A stretch of DNA of 64,000 bases from Candidatus Bathyarchaeota archaeon. Its GTDB lineage: Archaea; Thermoproteota; Bathyarchaeia; Bathyarchaeales; Bathycorpusculaceae. The notes beneath the pieces are model-generated. The model was not told the origin of the DNA. It did no database searches and saw nothing but the letters and a program-made list of their open reading frames with translations. The position numbers and the translations under genes are program-made. Every line of letters begins with the position of its first letter. Position 1 is the stretch's first letter. The stretch spans positions 402,724 to 466,723 of the forward strand of contig CAVYXJ010000010.1 of the NCBI GenBank assembly GCA_963772455.1, given 5' to 3'. Positions 1-13,207 of the stretch are shown one piece after another.

Positions 1-79
1 CCAGAAAGAAATTGGCGAATACTACTACACCAAAACCACTAAGCCAGAAAAAGAAAAACAAGGACCAACTAAAAAATAA
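1..79 (+). CDS. 3' end of an upstream gene (partial; ...QKEIGEYYYTKTTKPEKEKQGPTKK*)
   Basis: Open frame from position 2 to TAA at 77-79; too short to identify. Confidence 0.35.
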   Translation, partial: QKEIGEYYYTKTTKPEKEKQGPTKK

Positions 80-379
80 ATTGACCTCGAATTTTTCAAA
101 GAGCAAAGTGAAAGTGAAATCTAAATTAATGGTTTTGTTAGTTCAAAATTATATATTTGAAAACGCAACGTTATATTTTTATTAAAACGGCATAAAGCAT
201 CTTATTCAGCACTATGAACGATATTTTTACATGTTTAAAGCAAAAATATCCATTGAGGTATGTGTTGGATAAGTTTTAGAACAAGAGTTTTCTTAGTGTA
301 ATGCAGTTAACTTAAAGAACAAGCAGCAAATATACTAAAGTTCGCAAACTTAAAACAGGGAAAGTGGTGTAGGCTACAA

Positions 380-1906
380 GTGGCTCAAGCAACCTTCGAA
401 GAAATTAGCGCATCGGACTTTTTCTACCGAAACCGAGACATCGCAGGCTTAACTAACCCATCCCGCGCAATCTTCGTAGCCATAAGAGAAATTGTAGAAA
501 ACTCATTAGATGCAGCGGAAAGCCAAAAAATTCCACCAGACGTATACGTACGCTTATCCTATGAGGGAGAAGCCACCAAGGAAACTCAAATCTACAAACT
601 TCGAGTTGAAGACAACGGAAGTGGAATACCACCCAGATTCATTCCATCAGCGTTTGGTCAAGTGCTCTACGGCAGCAAGTACAAACTCAAACAGGCAAGA
701 GGCACTTTTGGCTTAGGCGGCAAAATGGCAGTACTCTACGGACAAATCACAACCCACCAACCAGTTTTTGTGACATCAAGCACAGGGCAAGAGAAAATTT
801 ATAGCTTCAAATTAATGATCGATATCCAACGCAATAAACCCATCATTTTAGACCGCAAAGTCCTCATCAACAAGGACCAATGGCGTGGAACCATCGTTGA
901 ATTCACGTTGGAAGGCGATTACCTTAGGGCTATGCCCAAAATCATTGAGTACTTCAAGCAAACGGCTATGGTTAACCCCTATGCAAACATAACGTTTGTT
1001 GATCCTAAAGGCAGACTCTACAAGTTTGTCCGAGGAACGACCGTTATGCCTGAGTCACCCAAAGAAACCATGCCGCATCCATACGGCGTGGATGTTGAAC
1101 TCCTTCAAAGGCTAATCCAGATAACAACTAGCAATAATATGTCTGACTTTTTGAAAGTTCACTTTCACAGAGTAGGCGGAATAACAGCTCAAAAATTCCT
1201 TGATTTTGCAGGTATTCCTCCAAGCAAAAACCCCAAAAAACTATCACACGAAGAAATTGTACGGTTAATGCAGAACCTCAAAAAATACAAGGATTTCCTG
1301 CCGCCAGACGCCAGCTGTCTCTCACCTCTGGGTGAAGATTTGCTTAAAGCTGGTATCATTAAGGAGCTTAAGCCAGAATATCTTGTTGTGCATCAGCGTA
1401 AACCATCCACATATGCTGGTCACCCATTCATCGTTGAGTTAGCTATGGCATATGGAGGCGATGTGCCCAAGCGAGGCACTTTCGTGATTTACCGTTTTGC
1501 CAACAAAATCCCGCTGTTGTACGATGAGGCAAGCGATGTTTCTTACCGTGTAATAGCAGCCATGAATTGGCGTCGCTACAAAGTTGCGCCTGAAATGCCA
1601 ATTGCAATAGTCGTACACATCTGCAGTACTAAAGTTCCATACAAGACAGTGGGAAAAGAATTCATTTCTGACCGACCAGAAGTGCGAAGAGAAGTTGCAA
1701 ACGCTCTGCGTGAAGTTGCGCGTCAACTGCAACATTTCCTCTCAAAACAGGAACACGTGCACAATGAAAAGAAACGACTAGGTATTTTCAGCAAGTACCT
1801 CCCAAAAATCGCCGAATTCTCAACCACATTAGCTGGAGAAACGAGGAAACCTGACATAGAAAAATTACTAAAGAGTGTACAGAAGTATGGCGCAGAAGAA
1901 AATTAA
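380..1906 (+). CDS. top6B: DNA topoisomerase VI subunit B
   Basis: GHKL motifs (REIVENSLDA, EDNGSGI, RGTFGLG), RFANKIPLLYD and transducer KVPYKTVGKE; adjacent to top6A. Confidence 0.97.
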   Translation: MAQATFEEISASDFFYRNRDIAGLTNPSRAIFVAIREIVENSLDAAESQKIPPDVYVRLSYEGEATKETQIYKLRVEDNGSGIPPRFIPSAFGQVLYGSKYKLKQARGTFGLGGKMAVLYGQITTHQPVFVTSSTGQEKIYSFKLMIDIQRNKPIILDRKVLINKDQWRGTIVEFTLEGDYLRAMPKIIEYFKQTAMVNPYANITFVDPKGRLYKFVRGTTVMPESPKETMPHPYGVDVELLQRLIQITTSNNMSDFLKVHFHRVGGITAQKFLDFAGIPPSKNPKKLSHEEIVRLMQNLKKYKDFLPPDASCLSPLGEDLLKAGIIKELKPEYLVVHQRKPSTYAGHPFIVELAMAYGGDVPKRGTFVIYRFANKIPLLYDEASDVSYRVIAAMNWRRYKVAPEMPIAIVVHICSTKVPYKTVGKEFISDRPEVRREVANALREVARQLQHFLSKQEHVHNEKKRLGIFSKYLPKIAEFSTTLAGETRKPDIEKLLKSVQKYGAEEN

Positions 1907-3008
1907 GATAACTGAAAGAAAACAAGAGGTCCTCAGGAGTCTCAAGAGCTTTGGCACTTCGATTTACAAGCAACTCGACCAATGCGTTTTCCCTACAGTT
2001 AAAATGCCCAGCCGCTCTACGGAGAACATCAATTATGATCCAGCTCTGCGTCAATTCATATTAGGCGAAAAAAACGTTGACAGAAGCACACGAAACATTC
2101 GCCACATTAAACCATTTACTCAACTTGCTTGGGTTGCAATGTTTAGCAATGAACTCACTAGTCAACGTAAAACCTCAACTTTAAGAGATGTCTACTACTC
2201 TGCACAAGCCTACGAGATGACCTTTGCTGATCAGCAGGAATCAAACAACATAATCACCGACCTTGAAACACTCACAGGTTTTGCAAGAGAAGACTTCAAT
2301 ATTTTCCCCGAAGAACGAAGCGCAATTTTCGGAGATTTAGAGATTGGTTATACCGTTCCGGGCTATGAAGGTAAAACCGTGAATTTAACTAGTCATCCAG
2401 ACGGTGTACTCATTGGGCCAGCGGTTACCTCTGCAGAGTTCATAAAAACCACTGCTGATAAAGTCATAGCCATAGAGAAAGGTGCCCTGTTCACAAGGTT
2501 TATCGAAGAAAACGTCCATAACAAACATAAATCGCTTTTGATTTCGTGTGGTGGGCAAGCACCAAGACAAACCCGTAGCTTCATCCGTCGATTACATGAT
2601 GAGCTCGGGCTGCCAGTCTACATCTTGACTGATGGTGATCCATGGGGAATGCACATTGCCCAAGTCATTATTTCTGGTTCAGCCAACGCAGCACACCTCC
2701 GCGACCTAAACACTCCAGACGCAGTTTGGAGCGGCGTTTGGGCATCAGACATTGTGGAATACAAATTACCAACCGATCCACTTGATGAAGTAGACATTAA
2801 ACGGCTCAACGAATTAGCCCGAGATCCAAGATACCAAAACGACCCCATCTGGCAACGTGAAATCAAACTTGCCCTCAAGATTAAGCGTAAGACAGAATTG
2901 GAAGCTTTCAGTAGATACGGCTTAACTTACATAGTGGATGAGTATTTACCAACTAAACTCGATCAGAAACCCAAAGAGGAAGGCCGCGAGACAGGCAAGA
3001 AAGGATAG
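1887..3008 (+). CDS. top6A: DNA topoisomerase VI subunit A
   Basis: STLRDVYY catalytic Tyr region, TOPRIM IAIEK and TDGDPWG, C-terminal ELEAFS; ATG at 1887 overlaps the top6B end. Confidence 0.97.
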   Translation: MAQKKIKITERKQEVLRSLKSFGTSIYKQLDQCVFPTVKMPSRSTENINYDPALRQFILGEKNVDRSTRNIRHIKPFTQLAWVAMFSNELTSQRKTSTLRDVYYSAQAYEMTFADQQESNNIITDLETLTGFAREDFNIFPEERSAIFGDLEIGYTVPGYEGKTVNLTSHPDGVLIGPAVTSAEFIKTTADKVIAIEKGALFTRFIEENVHNKHKSLLISCGGQAPRQTRSFIRRLHDELGLPVYILTDGDPWGMHIAQVIISGSANAAHLRDLNTPDAVWSGVWASDIVEYKLPTDPLDEVDIKRLNELARDPRYQNDPIWQREIKLALKIKRKTELEAFSRYGLTYIVDEYLPTKLDQKPKEEGRETGKKG

Positions 3009-3130
3009 TAACAAGCTCAAGTTTTAATAATCCTTGATTTTAACTTGGAATGCTAACATAGCATATGAAAAATACTTCTTGCTTGTTATAAAAATGATTT
3101 TTTAATGAATGATTTATCTTTTTTTCTTTC

Positions 3131-3206
3131 GGTAAGACGCTATTGAGTATCCGCTGCGATGACTCTTCAGTCATTAAGAAATCCACTCCATAAGCGACGC
3201 CTACCC
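3131..3206. ncRNA. Candidate structured small RNA (75-nt irregular hairpin)
   Basis: On the minus strand: GGTAGG/CTTACC, CGCT/AGCG, GAGT/ACTC and ATGACT-GAAG-AGTCAT stems in an AT-rich intergenic region, with TATA-like elements about 30 nt upstream on either strand. Confidence 0.35.
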
Positions 3207-3348
3207 AATTATCCCTAAACACAACATTTTTTTATAAAAACATTCACATTTAATGTAAACTGAAACCAAAGTTTTTTTTGCTTAGACAAAGTTTTTATGC
3301 GCGTTTGAAACTCTTACAATTCCCCGTTAAGACAAAGGATGATTCAAG

Positions 3349-4170
3349 ATGGCCCTACAAAAAGGAGATTTCATATTAATCGATTATGTAGCGAAAGTTA
3401 AAGAAACAAACGAAGTTTTTGACACAACAAAAGAAGATGTAGCAAAAAAAGAGCATCTCCACAAAGAAGGACAAGTACATGAACCAGAACTTGTGGTTGT
3501 TGGTGAAGGCTGGGTTCTAAAAGCACTTGATGAAGCTTTAACAACATTGGAATTAAACAAACCTTGTACCGTTGAAATTTCACCTGAAAAAGGCTTCGGA
3601 CAAAGAGACCCAGAAAAAATCAAACGAGTTCCAATAAAACAACTCTATGCAAAAGAAATTAACCCAGTCATTGGAGCACGCATAGAATACCAAGGAAAGA
3701 ACGCAACTATTCGCTCCATAGGCGCAGGAAGAGTCCTTCTTGACTTTAACGCTCCTTTAGCCGGAAGAACCCTCATTTATGACGTTACAGTAACAAACAA
3801 ACTAGACAAAATCCCAGAAAAAATCGGCGCCTTAGTTCACCGCAGAGTACCAGTAGTTGAACAAGATAAATTCAAATTAACACTAAAAGGCTGTGACTTA
3901 ACAATAGATATGCCTGAAGAAACTTTCTATGTTGAAGGCATACAAATCGCTAAACGCGGTATAGCCATGGACATTCAAAAGTTTGTTCCTGAATTATCTG
4001 AAACAAAGTTTGTTGAAACCTTCAAAGCTGAACCTAAACCAGTCACAGCTACTCCAACTCCAACATCGACAACTCCAAAAACTGAACCAGAAACAAAAAC
4101 AGAAGCAGAAGCTACAGCAGAAACGAAACCTGCAAAAACTCCAAAAGCAGCAAAAGCTGCTAAGGCATAA
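3349..4170 (+). CDS. slyD: Long-type FKBP peptidyl-prolyl isomerase (SlyD-like) with Ala/Lys/Thr-rich tail
   Basis: KGDFILIDY, VFDTT, PEKGFGQRD, DFNAPLAG motifs typical of archaeal FKBP. Confidence 0.92.
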   Translation: MALQKGDFILIDYVAKVKETNEVFDTTKEDVAKKEHLHKEGQVHEPELVVVGEGWVLKALDEALTTLELNKPCTVEISPEKGFGQRDPEKIKRVPIKQLYAKEINPVIGARIEYQGKNATIRSIGAGRVLLDFNAPLAGRTLIYDVTVTNKLDKIPEKIGALVHRRVPVVEQDKFKLTLKGCDLTIDMPEETFYVEGIQIAKRGIAMDIQKFVPELSETKFVETFKAEPKPVTATPTPTSTTPKTEPETKTEAEATAETKPAKTPKAAKAAKA

Positions 4171-4306
4171 CTGTTCCAAACAGTTTTTTCTTTAATTTAA
4201 TTATCATTTTTTGAATTTTGCTGATGCAATTAGGCACATTTTTTTTCAGTTGAAAACAGATATTAAATCTTAAAGAATTTACACAATTCAATCTATCTAT
4301 CTGGAT

Positions 4307-5395
4307 TTAGTCTATTGTTCCTGTTGCCTTCGCTACTCTCTCACATGCTTCAGTGTTAAGGTTTAGCTTATGCAGGATTGTAAATCGTTCAGGTCTTATT
4401 TTCGGTGCTAACTCAAGTGCTTCTATCAAGTCTGTATCTTTTACACCTAATTCAGCGGCGGTCGTTGGTGCACCAAGTTGTTTAAGAGTTTTTTTTATAC
4501 TTTGCCAATTTGCTCTATAAAGATAAGCAGTCAAAATTGCGCCGACACCGCATTGTTCTCCGTGCATAGCTTGGTTTGATCTTACCCTATCTAATGCATG
4601 GCTAAAGAGGTGTTCAGAGCCACTACAGGGACGACTGCTTCCAGCAATGCTCATTGCAACTCCACAACTAATCAAAGCCTCAAGAAGAACTCGTAAGCCT
4701 TCATCTTGTCTATAAACAATTAAATCAGCGTTCTCAGTCACCAATTTAGCACTCATCAAGGCTAAACTTGCAGCATATCCACCATAATACTCGTTATTTT
4801 CCATGTGAGCCAGCTTCCAATCTTTCACAGATGAGAACTTGGAGATTACATCTCCGCATCCGCTAACCACAAACCGCCAAGGAGCCTTGGAAATCACTTC
4901 AGTATCCGCAATTATTGCCAACGGTGCTTGTGCTAAAATGGAGTATGGCTTGTCTGAACCTTTGATTGAAGCAAGGGGGCTTGCAATTCCATCATGAGAA
5001 ACTGTAGTTGGAATGCTGATGAAGGGAATGTTTTGGGTGCAAGAACTGATTTTTGCTGCATCAATAATAGTTCCACCGCCAACACCGAATAGAACTTGGG
5101 GTAATGTAGCCTCGATTCGTTGTTCAATTGATATTAAATCTTTTTCGGACATGGCTTTTATCTGAAGAACATCAACTTTCAAACCCGCTTGCTCAAGAAG
5201 GCAGCAAACGGTTTTTCCAGCTAACTCATAGCTCTTTGAACCGGCAATTACCAAAGCTTTTCCCTTAATATTTAATCGTCTTACAACTTCGGGAACTCGG
5301 CTTAGGGTGCCGTTTCCAACAATGACCTCACGTGGAAGCTGCATGTAATGGTAACTTAAACTCAAATTAGACCACTGTTTAACTTGCAAAGACAT
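4307..5395 (-). CDS. egsA: sn-glycerol-1-phosphate dehydrogenase
   Basis: GVGGGTIIDAAK, PTTVSHDGIASP, SRPCSGSEHLFSH, HGEQCG motifs; true start may lie slightly downstream. Confidence 0.95.
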   Translation of the reverse strand: MSLQVKQWSNLSLSYHYMQLPREVIVGNGTLSRVPEVVRRLNIKGKALVIAGSKSYELAGKTVCCLLEQAGLKVDVLQIKAMSEKDLISIEQRIEATLPQVLFGVGGGTIIDAAKISSCTQNIPFISIPTTVSHDGIASPLASIKGSDKPYSILAQAPLAIIADTEVISKAPWRFVVSGCGDVISKFSSVKDWKLAHMENNEYYGGYAASLALMSAKLVTENADLIVYRQDEGLRVLLEALISCGVAMSIAGSSRPCSGSEHLFSHALDRVRSNQAMHGEQCGVGAILTAYLYRANWQSIKKTLKQLGAPTTAAELGVKDTDLIEALELAPKIRPERFTILHKLNLNTEACERVAKATGTID

Positions 5396-5645
5396 AGTTC
5401 GGGATGGATGCTTTAAAACTTTGGGAAATATAGCACATTTACAACCAAGATATCTGAGATAAAAAGTTCAATTAAAGGAAAAAAAATAACACTAATGGTT
5501 CATCCATAAAATAAACATCTTTTGATGTGGTTTTAGGTCCAAATAATATTTGAAAAACAAATGCATAATCAAATTTTGCTTCTAAAATATGTCATGCTTA
5601 AATACCGATTATTCGTTTATTGGTTTTTAAGGAGACACAAAAAAC

Positions 5646-5924
5646 ATGCCCGCCATTGAAGTCGGCAGAATATGCGTAAAACAAATAGGTCGAGAAAACG
5701 GCAAAAAATGCGTCATCATCGACGTCATGGATAAAAGCTTCGTCTTAATAACAGGACCCAAAAAAGTAACAAGCGTTAAACGAAGACGCGTTAACCTTAA
5801 CCATATCATGCCCCTACAAGACAAAATTGAAATAAAAAGAGGCGCTTCAGATGAAGAAGTTGCCCAATGCTTAGAGGCTTCAGGCAAACTCAAAGAAATG
5901 ACTGAATCAATAAAAACAGCCTAG
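5646..5924 (+). CDS. rpl14e: 50S ribosomal protein L14e
   Basis: MPAIEVGRICVK..GRE.GKKCVIIDV.DKSFVLITGPK...VKRRRVN signature. Confidence 0.96.
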   Translation: MPAIEVGRICVKQIGRENGKKCVIIDVMDKSFVLITGPKKVTSVKRRRVNLNHIMPLQDKIEIKRGASDEEVAQCLEASGKLKEMTESIKTA

Positions 5925-5987
5925 TTTTAAACTTTAATTACTTCAAATTTCTTTTTCTTAAAGCCAGTTAGGAGAAAAAAGCCGAGA

Positions 5988-7019
5988 ATGCCCAGAACAA
6001 CCCCTCCATGGGAAATCAAACGTGAACTTTTAACCAAAACAGAGGACACTACCAACCCAAAATATGGCTGTAAACCATCTGAGCGACCGGCAAAAGAATA
6101 CATCAAATACGGAACCATTAATTTGGATAAACCGGCTGGTCCAACAAGTCACGAGGTTGCTGCTTGGGTTAAAAGGATCATGCATCTTGAAGCAATTGGA
6201 CATGGAGGAACCCTTGACCCTAAAGTAACAGGCATTTTACCCATTACATTAGAAGACGCAACAAAAATGGTTCAAGCCCTTCTCTACAGTGGCAAAGAAT
6301 ACATCTGCGTCATGAAACTGCACGGTGACGTTCGTGAAGACCAAGTTAAACGTGTTCTTGTAGAGTTTGAAGATGAAATTTATCAACGTCCACCACTTCG
6401 TTCTGCAGTTAAACGGCAACTAAGAACAAGGCGAATTTACTATAATGAATTTTTAGAGTTTGATGGGCGAAATGTGCTCTTTAAAGTTGGCTGCGAAGGT
6501 GGCACATACATTCGTAAACTCTGTTTTGACATCGGTGAAATCCTCGGAGTTGGGGGACATATGCAAGAACTTCGACGTTCACGTGCTGGACCTTTCATTG
6601 AAACCAGCGCAAAAAAAGTAACCTTGCATGATGTGGCTTATTGGTTTGGCGAGTATGAAGAGAAAAAGGAACAATCGATTTTATGTAAATTCATTGAGCC
6701 CATGGAAGTTGCATTGATGCAATTACCGAAAATTGTTATTCGCGACTCGGCTGTTGATGCAATATGTCATGGCGCTAATTTGACTGCGCCAGGTGTGCTG
6801 CAAGTTGATACAGGAATCATAAAAGGCTCGACAATCGCGATTTTCACCCTGAAAGGTGAGGCTGTTGCATTGGCGAAGGCTCTTGTTTCAACTCAGGAAA
6901 TCATGGATTTGAACCATGGAGCTGTTGCTGAACTTGCAAGAGTGTTAATGCCGCGGGGCACCTACCCAAAAGTCTGGAAGACTGGTAGCGCACATGAGCA
7001 AAAACCCAAAGCACGTTGA
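5988..7019 (+). CDS. cbf5: H/ACA RNA-guided pseudouridine synthase Cbf5 (TruB family, PUA domain)
   Basis: LDKPAGPTSHEV, GHGGTLDPKVTG, QRPPLRSAVKR, GTYIRKLC motifs and C-terminal PUA. Confidence 0.96.
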   Translation: MPRTTPPWEIKRELLTKTEDTTNPKYGCKPSERPAKEYIKYGTINLDKPAGPTSHEVAAWVKRIMHLEAIGHGGTLDPKVTGILPITLEDATKMVQALLYSGKEYICVMKLHGDVREDQVKRVLVEFEDEIYQRPPLRSAVKRQLRTRRIYYNEFLEFDGRNVLFKVGCEGGTYIRKLCFDIGEILGVGGHMQELRRSRAGPFIETSAKKVTLHDVAYWFGEYEEKKEQSILCKFIEPMEVALMQLPKIVIRDSAVDAICHGANLTAPGVLQVDTGIIKGSTIAIFTLKGEAVALAKALVSTQEIMDLNHGAVAELARVLMPRGTYPKVWKTGSAHEQKPKAR

Positions 7020-7615
7020 GCACTATTTTTCTTCTGCGCCTCAGTCCCATGAACGTTTCGGGCTTATTCGAACTAGCTTATGCGGTAAATCCTTCGAGTT
7101 TTTAACTGCATCAAGCGTTTTTTCGAAACGAAAAATTGATTGCGGTACTAGATTGCTCATTGAATCTATGATTCTCCCCACAACAGGATACATTCTTGAC
7201 TTAGGATGCGGATACGGAGCTGTGGGCATCTCTGTTGCAAAATTTAATCCTAAATTAAATGTGATCATGACAGATGTAAATGCACGTGCAGTGCGTTTAG
7301 CTAAGAAAAACTTAACATTAAACAGAGTATATCAATGCTGAGGTACGGTACGGATTCTTTTATGAACCTGTCGAAGATTTCAAGTTCAATTGCGTTCTCT
7401 CTAATCCACCTGTGAGTGCAGGTATGGAAACAGTAAAAGCAATTGTGACAGGCGCTCCAAAAGTGATGGCGCCAGAAGCAAGTTTTCAGATGGTTATACG
7501 ATCTAAAATAGGAGCAAAAATATTGCCCGCATTGTTTACAGAAACCTTTGGCAACTGTGAGGTTGTTGCACGAGAAAGCGGTTTTCGAGTACTTATGGGC
7601 AAATCGAAAGGTTAA
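6994..7615 (+). CDS. Class I SAM-dependent methyltransferase (RsmC/YbxB-like), frameshifted near 7330
   Basis: HYFS N-terminus, VFSKRKID.GT, LDLGCGYG, then SNPP in another frame; two ORF-track pieces join with one indel. Confidence 0.8.
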
Positions 7616-7921
7616 AGAATTCTTAAGTAAAATTTTTTAATGCCTTTCGAATTATTCGTCTTCTTGAAATTATAATTCCTGTAAATCTGAACCAAAGTAG
7701 ATCAAAAGTCTTATTTCTCGAATAAAAGTGGTATTTGCATTTTTATTGAAATCGGAACCAAGTTGTTACTTCTAATTATGTTTAGGTGTAGATGGTCAAA
7801 AAAGGGATTCTGTCCAATAATTCCACAGTTGAGACAAGAAATAATTTTTGCTAAAGTACCGCAAACTTGAAAAAGCTATTCTGCCATAACAGAAGAAAAC
7901 AGTGTTAGGCAGTGGACTAAA

Positions 7922-8155
7922 ATGAAGTTAAATAAAGTCGACGAAAAAGTCTTCAAAACCCTCAAAGAGGAAGGTAAGGAATTAACTCTTCAAGAATTAA
8001 CTGACAAAACGGGTGAACCCTGCAAAAAAGTTTTCAAGTCACTTAAGAAGTTTTTCGAGCACGAAATCATCGAGACCAAAGCACGCAAATATTCGTTAAC
8101 CGGCAAGGATCCAGCGGCAAAAGAAGAAGAACCCGAATCTGCACCTGAAGAATAA
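7922..8155 (+). CDS. Small winged-helix-like protein with acidic tail
   Basis: LTLQELTDKTGE..KKVFKSLKKFFEHEII resembles a wHTH. Confidence 0.55.
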   Translation: MKLNKVDEKVFKTLKEEGKELTLQELTDKTGEPCKKVFKSLKKFFEHEIIETKARKYSLTGKDPAAKEEEPESAPEE

Positions 8156-8162
8156 AAATTTT

Positions 8163-8239
8163 TGGAGCCTCGAGCGGGCCTTGCTCCCGCGGCCTGCTGC
8201 TTACAAGGCAGCCGCTCTACTGGGCTGAGCTATCGAGGC
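8163..8239 (-). tRNA. tRNA-Thr(UGU), encoded CCA, atypical D and T loops
   Basis: GCCTCGA/TCGAGGC acceptor, GCTC/GAGC D stem, GCTGC-CTTGTAA-GCAGC anticodon arm, GCGGG/CCCGC T stem with loop AGCAAGG. Confidence 0.9.
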
Positions 8240-8794
8240 ACCCAACCAACAAACCCAGATTACACCAACAAATAAACCTTACACAAATAAAAGTTACTAC
8301 TGTCGCAAAATCATTTTTTATTTGTTTTCTATTAAAAAAAATTTATTGAATGAACCAGACAGATAGAAAGGTCAAAATTTCATGAGGAGTTATGGACACG
8401 GTTGTTGTGAGAACATGATAGCTCTTAAAAGGTCCTGCAGACAACTTAACGTTTCTTTTAAAATAGTGTCTGGCCTATCTGAAATGGTGCAAAATATTCT
8501 CTTGTTGTTCTATAAAGAACGACAATCTTATATGACTGAGTGTAGCTAGTAAGGTTCCCCACATATGCAACTCGGCAACGAAATGTTTGCGCGAGTGAAG
8601 AAGCAAAAGAAGCAAGCGATGTATCAAAACCCCGACGACAACCTCACTGCAGCTCAACGATACACTTATATTAACGGAATCTGCTTCTATTGCAATTCAG
8701 CAATATGGGTTATACCATAAAAACTGATGCAACTCCCCACCTAATCAGTGTGGAGTGAAGGGTGAGTTGAGTTCCTGATCACTGGGAATTCACA

Positions 8795-8889
8795 ATGACA
8801 CCATGCATAGGCCAAACAACAACGACGCAACACACTATATACGAGAAATATGTGTTTCACCAAACGCCAAACAGACACTACCATTGGCC
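8795..8889 (+). repeat. 5' arm of the 23S pre-rRNA processing stem (pairs with about 11916-12002), including a BHB-like motif
   Basis: ccatgcataggccaaaca (8801-8818) complements tgtttggtctatgcatgg (11980-11997); cagacactac (8872-8881) complements gtagtgtctg (11925-11934); bulges aaa and ata flank the cgcc/agcg central helix. Confidence 0.85.
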
Positions 8890-11915
<3,026 letters not shown>

Positions 11916-12002
11916 CGAGTCAATGTAGTGTCTGAGCGATATTTGGTTGAGACGCATATTTCGGTGTAGTGTGATGTAGTGTTTGGTCTATGCATGGCGT
12001 AA
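11916..12002 (+). repeat. 3' arm of the 23S pre-rRNA processing stem
   Basis: Imperfect reverse complement of 8795-8889, followed by T-rich terminator-like runs. Confidence 0.85.
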
Positions 12003-12265
12003 CTGTCATATTGCTTAGAATTTTCTTTTTTTTTATTATTTTTGTTATTTTATGGATAGAGTAAAGAAAGATTTTTATTAAAAAATCATGTTGTATTTGG
12101 TTTTTCATTGTTTACTTATGGGTGTTAGTTTGTAGCCTTTTTTTTATTTGATAATCTGAGTAGTTAACTGTTGGGATTGAAGCTGGGAAAACAATTGTCC
12201 CGATTAGTTTAGTTGTTTTTGAGTAAAAGTTAAATCTTCATTACAGCTAAGATTCGCTGATTGAG

Positions 12266-12505
12266 ATGGATAGAGTGCCTCTTTGCCCTACATGTTTTAT
12301 TGAGATGAAACCTAAATGCAACAAAGAAAAAAAGGTAATTTATCATCAATGCCCCCAATGCGGGACCCTCATATTATTCACTCATTCGGGCATTAATCTG
12401 TTATTTAAAATAGACTTTTGTATGATTAGTGTGAGCAAAATGTTATTTTGCATACGAGTTTTGAAAAAGACATTCGCTTATGAAAAGGATCAGGAGATGA
12501 AATAG
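12266..12505 (+). CDS. Small zinc-ribbon protein (hypothetical)
   Basis: CPTC...CPQCG pair; C-terminal half unconvincing. Confidence 0.4.
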   Translation: MDRVPLCPTCFIEMKPKCNKEKKVIYHQCPQCGTLILFTHSGINLLFKIDFCMISVSKMLFCIRVLKKTFAYEKDQEMK

Positions 12506-12516
12506 ATTCTTAAAAA

Positions 12517-12744
12517 TCAGGCGTGGACAACAGTTTCAGTTATGGTTATGCCACTAATTTCAAACACAGTATCTCGAATGCGTCGTACATCCTCAAGGTC
12601 TTTTCCTTCTGCATAAAGAATAACGTCATAGTTACCCATAACAGAATGTGAAACTTTTACCCCTTGAATCTTAAGTGATGCATGAACAACATTCTTGGAT
12701 TCTCCTATCCTGGTTTTAATTAACATATAGAAAGGCACTACCAT
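12517..12744 (-). CDS. Lrp/AsnC ligand-binding (RAM) domain protein, stand-alone
   Basis: GVKVSHSVMGNYDVILYAE...I.GITITET pattern; no HTH. Confidence 0.85.
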   Translation of the reverse strand: MVVPFYMLIKTRIGESKNVVHASLKIQGVKVSHSVMGNYDVILYAEGKDLEDVRRIRDTVFEISGITITETVVHA

Positions 12745-12993
12745 AGTGTTTCCCCAATGTAGAATTATGTGAATGCCAAAATGTAAATCTTGCTGTATTT
12801 TTCACGCCATTGACAAGAATAGATTTGTATTTGGAATTGTCCCAAAGTCATTTGTAAGAGGCTAAGCGTGAAGGAAGTGATGTTGATTATGAAACTATCA
12901 ATGTAGCAGTTGTTTGACTCCTAATTAATCTCGACCTGAATCCTGTATTCATAAAATCTATTATGTTGTAAGTGAATGTGTTTTTGATCCAAA

Positions 12994-13128
12994 ATGAAGA
13001 GTCAAAAAGTTGAAACTTGCACATTGGAGTTTCCGATTATGGTTGACTTTTTTGATTTAGGCACTGTTGAACAGGTAGTTGAAGAAGCCTTCATTAAAGA
13101 ACCACGGAAACGAAAAAGAAAAACCTAA
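12994..13128 (+). CDS. Possible 44-aa protein with basic tail (MKSQKVETCTLEFPIMVDFF...PRKRKRKT)
   Basis: Manual translation; no recognisable family. Confidence 0.25.
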   Translation: MKSQKVETCTLEFPIMVDFFDLGTVEQVVEEAFIKEPRKRKRKT

Positions 13129-13207
13129 AAATCATAAACAAACTTTATTAAAAATTGAAAAAAAATAGAAATTGTAATCTAAAAAAAGTGAAGTTTTGGC
13201 GATTGCT

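Noticed and set aside
3146-3158. 12/13-nt complementarity of the hairpin to 23S near 10185
   Set aside because: Plausible by chance; no proper C/D box arrangement.
4030-4170. Short quasi-repeats at the 3' end of slyD
   Set aside because: Low-complexity Ala/Lys/Thr/Glu coding tail, not a DNA repeat element.
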